From: Gemmatimonas sp.
GTDB taxonomy: Bacteria; Gemmatimonadota; Gemmatimonadetes; Gemmatimonadales; Gemmatimonadaceae
Length of the DNA stretch: 64,000 nt
Reading direction: 5' to 3'
Assembly: GCA_031414535.1 (NCBI GenBank)
Contig: JANNVQ010000034.1
Coordinates: forward strand, 1 to 64,000
This document shows positions 19,293 to 28,459 of this stretch, piece after piece. Numbering within the stretch: position 1 is the first letter of the stretch; each line of letters opens with the position of its first letter. A model generated the notes under the pieces. The model did not search any database. It was given only the letters and a program-made list of their open reading frames with translations, and was not told the origin of the DNA. The position numbers and the translations under genes were made by a program.

Positions 19293-19884
19293 AGTTGAGC
19301 TCAAAGGCATCGCGTATTCGGACGCCGAGGCCACGGAGGCCCGCGCGCGGCTTGAAGCCGCCGGCGCTCTGCTGGTGTACGAGGGCCGCCTCGAAGACCG
19401 CCGCTACGACCTGCCAGAGCGGACGCTCGCGCTCCGCGACCACGTCCTGCGCCTGCGCGTCTATCGCGCTGCGACGGTCACGACCTCGCTCGACTTTAAG
19501 GGCCCGACCGGCTACACCGATGGCTTCAAGGTGCGCGAAGAACTCACCGTGGCGGCGCAGGATCCCGAAGCGCTGGCCCGTATCCTTGAGGCGATGGGCT
19601 ACATCATCACGCGTGAGATTGATCGCCAGATTACGCAGTTCACGCATGCTGGCGCGACGGTCCGTTTTGAGCGATATCCCCGTATGGACGTGCTCATCGA
19701 AGTCGAGGGCGAACCGGCAGCAATCGAAAGCGCCATCCAAGTGCTGGGCTTGCCGCGCGAGCGCTTCACGGCCGAACGCTTGCCCGATTTCGTGCTCAAG
19801 TTTGAGTCGCGCACCGGTGAGCGCGCGGCCCTCTGCGATCGCGAACTCTCTGGCGAATATCGCTACTCAGCGAATGACGCCTGA
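19285..19884 (+). CDS. CYTH domain protein (class IV adenylate cyclase/triphosphatase family)
   Basis: EVELK, LRLR, KVREE, IEVE. Confidence 0.85.
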   Translation: MREVELKGIAYSDAEATEARARLEAAGALLVYEGRLEDRRYDLPERTLALRDHVLRLRVYRAATVTTSLDFKGPTGYTDGFKVREELTVAAQDPEALARILEAMGYIITREIDRQITQFTHAGATVRFERYPRMDVLIEVEGEPAAIESAIQVLGLPRERFTAERLPDFVLKFESRTGERAALCDRELSGEYRYSANDA

Positions 19885-20374
19885 GTTTACGCTCCCGGAG
19901 TTCACGCGTTCGCTGCGTGCCCTCGCGGTGCCGTCGGCGCCGGGTTCGGATCACGACGTGATTTTTAAGCCGCTCCTCGAGGCCCGTCGTGCGGCGCACA
20001 AGGCGAGCTCCGTGGAGCAGCAGATCGCCGCCTTCGAGGCCGGGAAGCTCGAGCGTGGATGGCGCGGGGCGATCGCCTCGCTCGCTGAGCGGCGGCACTC
20101 CAAGTCGCTTCCGGACCGTCGGGCGCTGGCGGCGGAGCTCGAACTCCTTGCCGCACCAGTGTGGCGAGAACTCGCGCTGCTCAAAGAGCGCGGCGAGACT
20201 CTGCGCCTCGCCAAGGCGGAATCGCGTCAGGCGGCCTGGGCCCAGTGGGTGGAGCAGTTGCACATGATCTTTCGTGCGGCGGATGCCTGGTGGGAACTCT
20301 CGCTGCCCGTGCTGGCCGACCCCCGCGGCCGCCGCGGCGCGTTCTGGCGCCGCGTGCTGAAGCACGGCCCGTGA
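19874..20374 (+). CDS. Hypothetical helical protein
   Basis: ATG 19874 overlaps the CYTH 3' end and the TGA overlaps the acpS GTG; it is the C-terminal part of ORF 19289..20374. Confidence 0.7.
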   Translation: MTPEFTLPEFTRSLRALAVPSAPGSDHDVIFKPLLEARRAAHKASSVEQQIAAFEAGKLERGWRGAIASLAERRHSKSLPDRRALAAELELLAAPVWRELALLKERGETLRLAKAESRQAAWAQWVEQLHMIFRAADAWWELSLPVLADPRGRRGAFWRRVLKHGP

Positions 20375-20751
20375 TCGTCGGCATCGGCTTTGACCTCGTG
20401 TCCATTGCCCGTGTGGAGCAGATGATTGCCCGCAAGGAAAATCGGGCACTCGACCGGCTGTTCACCGAGCATGAGCAGGAGTACGCCTTTGCCCGCGCCC
20501 GTCCTGCCATGCACCTCGCGGCCCGCCTGGCGGCCAAAGAAGCGTCATTCAAGGCACTCACCGGCTCCGACGACGCCAAGCTCATTGGCTGGAAGGAGGC
20601 GGAGGTACGCCGCGGCAGCGAAGGACCTCCGGTGCTGTACTTCTTTGGGCGGGCCGAATCGCGGTCCCAGGAGCTGGGGGTAACCAGCGTGCACCTGACC
20701 CTCAGCCACACGGACGAGACCGCCGGCGCAATCGTAATTCTGGAACGCTAG
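20371..20751 (+). CDS. acpS: Holo-[acyl-carrier-protein] synthase
   Basis: IVGIGFDLV, LAARLAAKEASFKA, HLTLSH. Confidence 0.93.
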   Translation: MIVGIGFDLVSIARVEQMIARKENRALDRLFTEHEQEYAFARARPAMHLAARLAAKEASFKALTGSDDAKLIGWKEAEVRRGSEGPPVLYFFGRAESRSQELGVTSVHLTLSHTDETAGAIVILER

Positions 20752-20797
20752 ACAAAGCCTTCCATTTCACTCGGGATTGCTGTTATTTCCTAGTGTG

Positions 20798-22855
20798 ATG
20801 CACTTGAGAACGATTCTCATCTATAGCGCCGCCCTCTTGGCGGCCCTCACCGCGCCTGCGAATCTCGCGGCACAGGACACTCCGGCGCGTCGCCTTGGAA
20901 ACATCGTGGGCGTTGCACTCGATGAATACGCGAAGGGCGTGGATGCACGCGGCACCATCGTCTTGCAGTTGGAGTACGACGAAGCCGTCGCCTTTCTCAC
21001 TGATGCGCGCGCGCTGATTGATCGCGTTAACGATGCACGCGCACCGCAGCTCGCGGCTCTCATTGATGAGATGCGAGCCGGCGTCAATCAAAAGCGCCCG
21101 CCCGCGGCGCTCGCCGATCTGCAGCAGCGCTTCACGCAGGTCCTCGGCCCCGACGCCTCGCTCGATTATCCCACGTCGCCCGTGAGCCTCGCGGAAGGCA
21201 AGGCCATCTACGAGCAACGTTGCGCCAGCTGCCACGGTGTCACCGGTGGCGGCGATGGTTTCGCCGCCGTTGGTATCACGCCTGCACCGCCCGCCTTCGC
21301 TGACCGCAGCATCACTGCCGATGTCACGCCCGCCCTCATGTACCGCGTGGTGTCCGTGGGCGTTCGCGGCACGACGATGGCCGGCTTTACGGATCTCTCG
21401 CCCGAGCAGCGTTGGGCCGTCGTCACGTATGTCACCACCCTGCGCGCCAATGCCGATCAAGTTGAACGCGGGCGCGCGTTGATCTCCGCCCACTGCGTAC
21501 GGTGTGACGGCAGCGAGCCGCCGCAGGGCCAGACCTTCGGCTGGCTCGCGGAGCGCCACGACGTGCAACTCGCTGCCGCCATCGCGGCTGGTGACGTGGC
21601 GCTCGGCCTCGACTCGGGCGCCAAGCTTCAGGGCGCCGAGGCTGACGCCGTAATCGCCGCTTTGCGTGCCAATCCCCAAGTCGTGGTGCCGCCTCAGCGC
21701 ACTCCTGCCACGGTCGCTACCGAGGTGCTGGCGATTCTGGATCGTGCCATCGAAGGCGTGCGCGTGGGTGACCTCACCGCTGGTGACTTGGCCTTCGACG
21801 CCTACGTCGCCTTTGAGCCGCTGGAGTCCCAGGTCCGCACTCGCGATCCTGGACTTGTCGCGCTGCTCGAGCGGCACTTCGCGGACTTCAAGGGCGCGGT
21901 GAACAAGCGCGACATCGCGTCTGCCGCGGACGCGCGCTCGCAGATTGCCAGCGGCTTACCGCAAATGGTGGATCTCGCGTCGCGCAAGCCGACCGTCTGG
22001 AGCGCCTTTGTCGAGTCCTTCCTGATTATCGTGCGCGAAGGCTTCGAGGCTATCCTAATCTTGGGTGCCATCATCGCCTTCCTCGTGCGCACGGGGAATC
22101 AGAAGCGCGTGCGTGAAATCTGGGCTGGCGCCGGCGTGGGGCTCTTGGCCTCGGCCGTGCTCGCCGTGGTGCTCAAGACCGTGCTCGCCAACGCACCCGC
22201 GAGCCGCGAGGTGATTGAAGGCGCCACCATGCTGGTGGCCGTGGCCGTGTTGTTCTCGGTGAGCTACTGGATGCTCACCAAGGTGGAGTCGCAGAAGTGG
22301 CAGGCCTTCATCAAGGATCAGCTTGGTGCGGCGCTCAGCTCCTCGCGCGCTTCTGCGCTGGCAGTGGTGGCTTTCCTTGCCGTCTTCCGCGAAGGCGCCG
22401 AGACCGCGCTGTTTTACCAAGCGCTGTTCATGCGCGGGCCCAGCGTGATTCCGCCCGTGGCACTCGGCTTCGTGGTCGGAAGCGTCTGCCTCGTGGCGGT
22501 GTGGTTCGGCATCCAGCGCTTCGGTCTGCGCCTGCCGCTGCGCCAATTCTTTGGCGTGACCAGCACCATGCTCTACACGCTGGCGTTCATCTTCATGGGC
22601 AAGGGCCTGCGTGAACTACAGGAGGGCAACGTGCTTTCCATCACGCCGATTGATGGTGGTCCCTACCTCGGATTCCTCGGAATCTTCCCCAGCGTGGAGA
22701 CCCTGGTGGGTCAGGGCATCCTCTTGGCGCTCGCGCTGTATGCGCTCTGGCGCACGCTGCTTACGAAGTCAGACGCGGCGCCTGCGCCGCGCAGGGCTCC
22801 GAACGTTAGTGCATCCGTGCCGGTTCGCGAGCCGGTCGCGGTCGAGGCGGAGTAG
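20798..22855 (+). CDS. Cytochrome c / FTR1 family iron permease (PbrT-like)
   Basis: Signal peptide, CASCH heme motif, two RExxE motifs (REGFE, REGAE) in a multi-TM C-terminal domain. Confidence 0.9.
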   Translation: MHLRTILIYSAALLAALTAPANLAAQDTPARRLGNIVGVALDEYAKGVDARGTIVLQLEYDEAVAFLTDARALIDRVNDARAPQLAALIDEMRAGVNQKRPPAALADLQQRFTQVLGPDASLDYPTSPVSLAEGKAIYEQRCASCHGVTGGGDGFAAVGITPAPPAFADRSITADVTPALMYRVVSVGVRGTTMAGFTDLSPEQRWAVVTYVTTLRANADQVERGRALISAHCVRCDGSEPPQGQTFGWLAERHDVQLAAAIAAGDVALGLDSGAKLQGAEADAVIAALRANPQVVVPPQRTPATVATEVLAILDRAIEGVRVGDLTAGDLAFDAYVAFEPLESQVRTRDPGLVALLERHFADFKGAVNKRDIASAADARSQIASGLPQMVDLASRKPTVWSAFVESFLIIVREGFEAILILGAIIAFLVRTGNQKRVREIWAGAGVGLLASAVLAVVLKTVLANAPASREVIEGATMLVAVAVLFSVSYWMLTKVESQKWQAFIKDQLGAALSSSRASALAVVAFLAVFREGAETALFYQALFMRGPSVIPPVALGFVVGSVCLVAVWFGIQRFGLRLPLRQFFGVTSTMLYTLAFIFMGKGLRELQEGNVLSITPIDGGPYLGFLGIFPSVETLVGQGILLALALYALWRTLLTKSDAAPAPRRAPNVSASVPVREPVAVEAE
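20805..20819. promoter_or_regulatory. Fur-like 7-1-7 operator
   Basis: TGAGAAC-G-ATTCTCA; AT-rich near-palindrome at the start of an iron permease gene. Confidence 0.6.
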
Positions 22856-22891
22856 GCGCCCGTCTGCGCGCTAATCTCAGTCCGCTGAACA

Positions 22892-22917
22892 TAGGCGGTT
22901 GAGCTTAGGCGGTTGAG
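22892..22917. repeat. 12-bp direct repeat with 14-nt period across the lgt stop
   Basis: TAGGCGGTTGAG at 22892 and 22906. Confidence 0.7.
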
Positions 22918-23726
22918 ACGGCGGGTCGGCCCGGACCAACGCGCGAGCGCATGGCCATCCAAGTGACACCTAGCAGCACGAAGCCGATGGCAATCATTTG
23001 CGCCATCGTGAACGGCCCGAAAAAGCGGTCGTCCTTGGCGCGAAAGATCTCTACCACAAAGCGCTCTGCACCGGCCAGCACGCAGTAGGCGCCAAAGAGC
23101 CAGCCGGCGGCGTGCTTGTGGTGGCGCATGCGCCAGAGAATGAAAAACATCACGAGCCCCATCGCCGTCTCGTAGAGCTGCGTGGGATGCACGGCGAGTA
23201 CTTGATTGCCGGGCATTCCCTCCAAGCCCTTGGCGCCGAAGGCTACGAGATTGTCCACGGTGCTCGGCGGCGCTCCATTGGGGAAGGCCACGGCGAGCGG
23301 ACCATCCCACACGCGGCCATAGTCATCGCCAACGGCCCAGCAACCGGAGCGGCCCACGCTGTACGCTGCAGCGAGGCCCGGAGCCGCGGCATCCGAGACT
23401 TGCGCGAAGCTGGCCTTCTTGTACAGAATCGTGCCCGCAGTGGCCGCGATGCCGCCAATCAAGCCGCCCCAGAATACAAAGCCCGCACGGCTAAAGACCG
23501 CGCCCAAATCACCCACAAGAATGGCGTAGTAGAGCTTGGCGCCTAGCAAGCCACCAATGACCGCCGCGACGGTGACGTCACCCATGATCTCGGAGTCGTG
23601 TCCACGCGCCTCAAGATTCTCACTCGCCACCATCTGGCCAATCACGAAGGCCAGCAGCATGGCGATGCCGAAGCCGGTGAGCTGCAAGGGGCCGAAGTCG
23701 TAGGCAAACGGAATATGAGTATACAT
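22905..23726 (-). CDS. lgt: Prolipoprotein diacylglyceryl transferase
   Basis: GAKLYY, FWGGLIGG, VGRSGC...GDDYG, HPTQLYE, RFVVEIFR. Confidence 0.9.
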   Translation of the reverse strand: MYTHIPFAYDFGPLQLTGFGIAMLLAFVIGQMVASENLEARGHDSEIMGDVTVAAVIGGLLGAKLYYAILVGDLGAVFSRAGFVFWGGLIGGIAATAGTILYKKASFAQVSDAAAPGLAAAYSVGRSGCWAVGDDYGRVWDGPLAVAFPNGAPPSTVDNLVAFGAKGLEGMPGNQVLAVHPTQLYETAMGLVMFFILWRMRHHKHAAGWLFGAYCVLAGAERFVVEIFRAKDDRFFGPFTMAQMIAIGFVLLGVTWMAMRSRVGPGRPAVSTA

Positions 23727-23728
23727 CG

Positions 23729-23827
23729 GACTTGAGACGTGGGACGGGAGACTTGAGGTCGGACGGATGACGGATGACGGAAGCTAACACCAAGACGCAG
23801 TAGCGTCCGTCATCCGTCATCCGTCCG
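23729..23827. repeat. Composite heptamer locus: GACTTGA-like x4, then 27-bp inverted arms of (GACGGAW)3
   Basis: GACTTGA GACGTGG GACGGGA GACTTGA; arms 23760-23786 and 23801-23827 with 1 mismatch. Confidence 0.9.
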
Positions 23828-24856
23828 CATTCCCGGGATTGGCAGCGAGCTGAACGCATTCAGCGTCGCATCTGAGCGTTCGCCGCGTTCGGCCCTGAAC
23901 AGGCCTGCTGCCGCGATCATTGCGGCGTTGTCTGTAGCGAGGCGCGGCGTGGGTGCGTACACCGTGGCGCCGATGTTGCCCGCGGCGTCGCGCATGGCGT
24001 GAACCAACGCGCTGTTACAGGCGACGCCGCCACCGAGCACGATGCGCTTGCGGCCGTGCGCCTTGGCGGCGCGCAGGGTCTTGGCAACCAGCGTTCCGAT
24101 CAGCGCATCTTGGAATCCGCGGGCGATGTGCGGCTTCTCATCCTCGAGGCTCGCCGCCTGCTGAGTAGCTAACAGCACGGCAGTCTTCAGGCCGCTGAAT
24201 GACACGTCATAGTAGTCGGCATCGCCGAGCTTCTGGCCGGCGTTCAGCATCGGCTTGGTGAAGCGATATCGCTTCGCATCTCCGTCGCGCGCGAGGGCCT
24301 CAAGGTGTCGTCCGCCCGGGTAGGGAAGGCCGAGCAACTTGGCGGCTTTGTCGAAGGCTTCGCCAGCGGCATCGTCGCGGGTGCGGCCCAGCAAGCGATA
24401 CTCGCCCCAGGCGGCAACGTCGAGGAGCAGCGTGTGGCCACCGGAAACAAGAAGGGCCGTAAACGGCGGCGTGGCGTCCGGATGTTCGAGCGCTGTTGCG
24501 AAGAGATGCCCTTCCATGTGATGCACGCCGATGAGCGGCTTGCCGCTCGCGGCGGCCAGTGCTTTGGCATAACTCACGCCAACCAGCAACGCACCGACGA
24601 GCCCCGGCGCGTGCGTGACGGCAATGGCGTCAATCTGCTCGAGCGTTGTGCCGGCGTCCTTCAGCGCGCGCTCGGTTACGGGCACAATTGCCGTGAGATG
24701 CTCGCGCGAGGCGATCTCGGGCACCACGCCACCGAACACGCTGTGCACGTCCTGCGAGAGAATCACGAGTGATTCGAGCGTCGGCCGCGACGACGGTCCG
24801 CTCACGACGGCCGCCGAGGTTTCGTCGCAGGAGCTCTCTATGCCAAGGATGCGCAT
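23810..24856 (-). CDS. tsaD: tRNA N6-adenosine threonylcarbamoyltransferase
   Basis: ILGIESSCDET, GGVVPEIASREH, HHMEGH, SGGHT, DDAAGEAFDK, TDNAAMI. Confidence 0.96.
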   Translation of the reverse strand: MRILGIESSCDETSAAVVSGPSSRPTLESLVILSQDVHSVFGGVVPEIASREHLTAIVPVTERALKDAGTTLEQIDAIAVTHAPGLVGALLVGVSYAKALAAASGKPLIGVHHMEGHLFATALEHPDATPPFTALLVSGGHTLLLDVAAWGEYRLLGRTRDDAAGEAFDKAAKLLGLPYPGGRHLEALARDGDAKRYRFTKPMLNAGQKLGDADYYDVSFSGLKTAVLLATQQAASLEDEKPHIARGFQDALIGTLVAKTLRAAKAHGRKRIVLGGGVACNSALVHAMRDAAGNIGATVYAPTPRLATDNAAMIAAAGLFRAERGERSDATLNAFSSLPIPGMRTDDG

Positions 24857-24911
24857 TGTCACGGGGTATCGGCCAAGCTCATGCGCGTCACGCTGCACAG
24901 GTCGCGTCGCG

Positions 24912-25469
24912 TCACTGCGGCCGCGGCTCCGCGAGCAGTCGCTCGAGGTACGCGACGTTCGCTGGGCTGTCCCAGTTGTCCGCGCCAATCACGCGGCGGC
25001 GCAGGCGGCCGTCGCGCCCGATAATAAACGTCTCTGGAACTCCGGTGGTCTGATAAACACGCTGGATGTCGCCTGACGCGTTGTGCAGGATTTCAAAGCT
25101 GAGCTTCATCTCTTCGGTGAAGCGCTTGATGGCGTCTTCCATGCCGGCCACATCAACGCTGACCGCGACGATGCGCAGGCCCTTGGGGCCGAGTTGCTGC
25201 TCGAGGCGCTGCATCGAGGGCATCTCAACGCGGCAGGGGCCGCACCAGGTCGCCCAGATGTTGAGCAGGACGACTTCGCCATCATAGTCAGCGATAGTCT
25301 TTGCGGTGGCGTTCGTCGCGAGAGGCAGCGCCGAGAAGCTCGGGGCCGCGTTGCCAATGCGGATGGGGAAGAGTTCGGCGGCGAGTTGCTTGCGCGCGGA
25401 AAAAAGCCCGATGCCCACAAGCGTCACCAACGACCCAATGATAATCCACTGAATGTTCCGACTGTTCAC
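24912..25469 (-). CDS. TlpA/ResA family thiol-disulfide oxidoreductase
   Basis: N-terminal TM, NIWATWCGPCRVEMP, GVPET. Confidence 0.9.
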   Translation of the reverse strand: MNSRNIQWIIIGSLVTLVGIGLFSARKQLAAELFPIRIGNAAPSFSALPLATNATAKTIADYDGEVVLLNIWATWCGPCRVEMPSMQRLEQQLGPKGLRIVAVSVDVAGMEDAIKRFTEEMKLSFEILHNASGDIQRVYQTTGVPETFIIGRDGRLRRRVIGADNWDSPANVAYLERLLAEPRPQ

Positions 25470-26140
25470 ACCGTCTCCGTGCAGCGCGTGCGCAGCGCAG
25501 CAATCTCCGCCTTGGGGTCCTTGGCGGAAAAGACGGCATTGCCAGCCACGAAGGTGTCGGCACCAGCTCTCCAGCAGGCGGCAATCGTGTCGCGCGTAAT
25601 GCCGCCGTCTACTTCCAACACCGCGCGCGACCCCGTGGCATTTAGCAGTTGCCGAGCGCGGGCAATTTTGTCAACACTGGCCTCGATGAACTTCTGCCCA
25701 CCGAATCCAGGGTTCACGCTCATGATGAGCAACAGGTCAAGATCAGCCGCGACCTCGCGCAGGGTCTCGAGCGAGGTGCTGGGGTTCAGTGTGGCACCAG
25801 CCTTGGCACCGAGCTCCTTGATGCGCATCACCTGACGGTGCAGGTGTGGTGCTGTCTCGACGTGAATCGTGATGGTGTCTGCGCCCGCCTTCACGAAGGA
25901 ATCGAAATACTTCTCTGGCTCCACCACCATCAAGTGACAGTCCAGCGGAAGCTTCGTGAGCTTCTTGCAGGTCTCAATGACTTTGGCGCCGAAGGTGAGG
26001 TTGGGCACGAACACGCCGTCCATTACGTCCACATGCAACCAATCCGCACCGCCAGCCTCGAGCATGGCGAGGTCTTCGGCGAGCTTGCCGAAATCAGCGG
26101 AGAGCAAGGACGGCGCGATGCGCACGGATTTAGACGGCAT
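25466..26140 (-). CDS. rpe: Ribulose-phosphate 3-epimerase
   Basis: APSLLSADF, HVDVMDGVFVPN, MSVNPGFGGQ, VDGG. Confidence 0.96.
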   Translation of the reverse strand: MPSKSVRIAPSLLSADFGKLAEDLAMLEAGGADWLHVDVMDGVFVPNLTFGAKVIETCKKLTKLPLDCHLMVVEPEKYFDSFVKAGADTITIHVETAPHLHRQVMRIKELGAKAGATLNPSTSLETLREVAADLDLLLIMSVNPGFGGQKFIEASVDKIARARQLLNATGSRAVLEVDGGITRDTIAACWRAGADTFVAGNAVFSAKDPKAEIAALRTRCTETV

Positions 26141-27465
26141 CAGTCGTTTCCTCGGCGCAGACGCGCCGCAAACGATCCATCGGCGCCATGGCGCTGCGGC
26201 AGCACACGCAGACGGCCCGCGTCGAGCACGGCATCAGAGACGGTGCCAACTGGCGGCGGTTCGAGCGTCCAACCCGGATGTTCCACGAGGAAGGATTCGA
26301 CCTGCACGTCGTTTTCTTCGGGCTCGAGCGAGCAGGTGGAGTAGATGAGCAAGCCGCCGGGCTTCACGTTCTTGGCGGCACCGCTGAGCACGGCCCGCTG
26401 CGCGGCCGCCATCACCGCAAGATCGCTCGTGCGCAGACGCCAACGGGCATCAGGGTGACGGCGGAAGGTGCCGGTACCCGTGCAGGGAGCATCCACGAGC
26501 ACGGCATCGAACTGACCCAGCGTGCCGTCACGTGCATCGGCGACGACGGGATCCACGTTCTCAAGATCCAAGCGCTCGATGGTCTCAATCACGCGGCCAA
26601 TGCGATTCTCGTTGGAGTCCGCGGCCGTGACGTGCTTGGCCGTGCGCGAGAGCTCAACCGTCTTGCCGCCAGGTGCGGCGCAGAGATCAGCAACAGTCGC
26701 ACCGGCGGGGATGGCGGCGTAGCGCGTCACCAGCGTGGCCGCCGGATCCTGTACGAAGAAGCGTCCCTGTTGAAATGCCCCAAGCGATGCGAGCGTGGTG
26801 CCAGGGGCGAGTGTGAGCGAGTCTTCCACGAGCGGAGCGTCGCTCACGCTCACACCCGAATCCTCGAGCATGGCTTCGAGCTGCTCGCGCACCACGCCCC
26901 AGGGACGCACAATGAGCGGCGCCTCCTGATTGTTGGCTTCAAGTAGCGCACGCGTTTCATCGGCCCCCCAGCGCGCCACCCAACGGGCGACGAGCCAGCG
27001 GGGATGCGAGTACTCAACCGACAGCGCTTCAACGGGATCAGCCGGCAGCGCGGCATCGAGAGAATCTTTCTCGCGATCTAAGCGGCGCAGCACCGCATTC
27101 GCCAGCTTGCTCGCCCCGATGCCGTGACGCTGCTTGGCGAGCTCCACCGTCTGCGCAATGGCGGCATACGCTGGCACGCTGCCCATGTAGAAGAGCTGAT
27201 AGACGCCGAGGCGGAGCAAATCTGCGAGGTCCGCATCAAGCCGTGCGATACCCCCGCGCACTCGCGGTGCAAGCAGGTGGTCAATCCAACCGCGCTTGCG
27301 CAGCATGCCCCACACGAGTTCCTGCGTCCACCGACGGTCACGCGCATCCAACTCGGCGACGTGGCGATCAAAGGCAGCATCAAGCATCAAGCCACCACGA
27401 AGCTCAAGGAGCGTATCGGCGGCGGCTATACGGGCGTCTGTCACGAGCAGGAGGGCGCTAGGCAT
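26140..27465 (-). CDS. rsmB: 16S rRNA m5C967 methyltransferase
   Basis: NusB-like N-terminal domain, VQDPA, DLCAAPGGKT, DAPCTGTG, YSTCS. Confidence 0.92.
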   Translation of the reverse strand: MPSALLLVTDARIAAADTLLELRGGLMLDAAFDRHVAELDARDRRWTQELVWGMLRKRGWIDHLLAPRVRGGIARLDADLADLLRLGVYQLFYMGSVPAYAAIAQTVELAKQRHGIGASKLANAVLRRLDREKDSLDAALPADPVEALSVEYSHPRWLVARWVARWGADETRALLEANNQEAPLIVRPWGVVREQLEAMLEDSGVSVSDAPLVEDSLTLAPGTTLASLGAFQQGRFFVQDPAATLVTRYAAIPAGATVADLCAAPGGKTVELSRTAKHVTAADSNENRIGRVIETIERLDLENVDPVVADARDGTLGQFDAVLVDAPCTGTGTFRRHPDARWRLRTSDLAVMAAAQRAVLSGAAKNVKPGGLLIYSTCSLEPEENDVQVESFLVEHPGWTLEPPPVGTVSDAVLDAGRLRVLPQRHGADGSFAARLRRGND

Positions 27466-27514
27466 ACCGACGAAAGATAGTCGGTTGGGGGAGCCCCCGA
27501 GCCTGTCGATATTG

Positions 27515-28453
27515 CTATTCGGGGAGCGCCCAAAAATCGCCGACGGCCACCCCACGTCCCTGTGCCCAGTCCAATGCGGCCACGCGTCGGCGACCGGCCG
27601 GATGCACGGTCTCCACGGCAACGGCCCCAGTGCCGCAGGCGACGATCATGCCCATCTCACCGACCTCGAGTACCTCACCGGCATCGCCGCGGCGGTCAGG
27701 CAGAACGCGCACGCCAAAGAGCCGCGTTTCCGTCTCACGGACGAGGCCCCAGGCGCCAGGACGGGGATCGAATGCACGAATCGCGCGCGAGACTTCCACT
27801 GCAGGCTTCCGGAAATCGAGGCGTGCCATGTCGCGGTCAATCTTGGTTGCGAACGTGACCAAGGATTCATCCTGCGGCTTCTCGGCGATGCCACCGATTT
27901 CAAACAGCGTGAGGTACTCGATGATTGCCGCTGCGCCGAGTTCGCTGAGCGCCTCGGTGAGTTCACCCGCCGTGATATCCTCGCGCAGGGACACGCGGAC
28001 TTCGTGCAACACCGGGCCGGCATCAAGCTTGAGCACCATGCGCTGAATACTGACGCCGGTTTCTCCGTCACCGGCGAGGATGGCGGCTTGGATGGGCGCG
28101 GCACCACGCCAGCGCGGCAATAGCGAGGCGTGGATGTTCACCGTGCCCTTCGGCGCGACGTCAATGACATCTTGGCGCAGGATGTGGCCGTAGGCCACCA
28201 CTACGGTGAGATCTGGCTCGTAGCTCTTGAGCTGAGCAAGAAATTCCTCGCCGCGCGGGCGCTCAGGCTGGAGCACGGGTATGCCTTCCTCGAGTGCAAC
28301 CTCCTTTACCGGCGGCGGCACCAGCGTCGAGCGCGAGCGCCCCTGCGGCCTATCCGGCTGCGTCACCACGCACACGACGTCGTGGCCTTCACCAATGAGC
28401 GCACGGAGCGCTGGTGTGGCAAAGTCAGGAGTGCCAAAGAAGGCTATGCGCAC
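27515..28453 (-). CDS. fmt: Methionyl-tRNA formyltransferase
   Basis: FFGTPDFA, TQPDRP, NIHASLLPRWRGAAPIQ; GTG 28453 chosen as start. Confidence 0.96.
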   Translation of the reverse strand: MRIAFFGTPDFATPALRALIGEGHDVVCVVTQPDRPQGRSRSTLVPPPVKEVALEEGIPVLQPERPRGEEFLAQLKSYEPDLTVVVAYGHILRQDVIDVAPKGTVNIHASLLPRWRGAAPIQAAILAGDGETGVSIQRMVLKLDAGPVLHEVRVSLREDITAGELTEALSELGAAAIIEYLTLFEIGGIAEKPQDESLVTFATKIDRDMARLDFRKPAVEVSRAIRAFDPRPGAWGLVRETETRLFGVRVLPDRRGDAGEVLEVGEMGMIVACGTGAVAVETVHPAGRRRVAALDWAQGRGVAVGDFWALPE

Positions 28454-28459
28454 GTTCTT

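Noticed and set aside
19289..19873. N-terminal half of the 361-aa ORF as a frameshift fusion with CYTH
   Set aside because: CYTH is complete with its own stop; the downstream gene has an overlapping ATG at 19874; no slippery site seen
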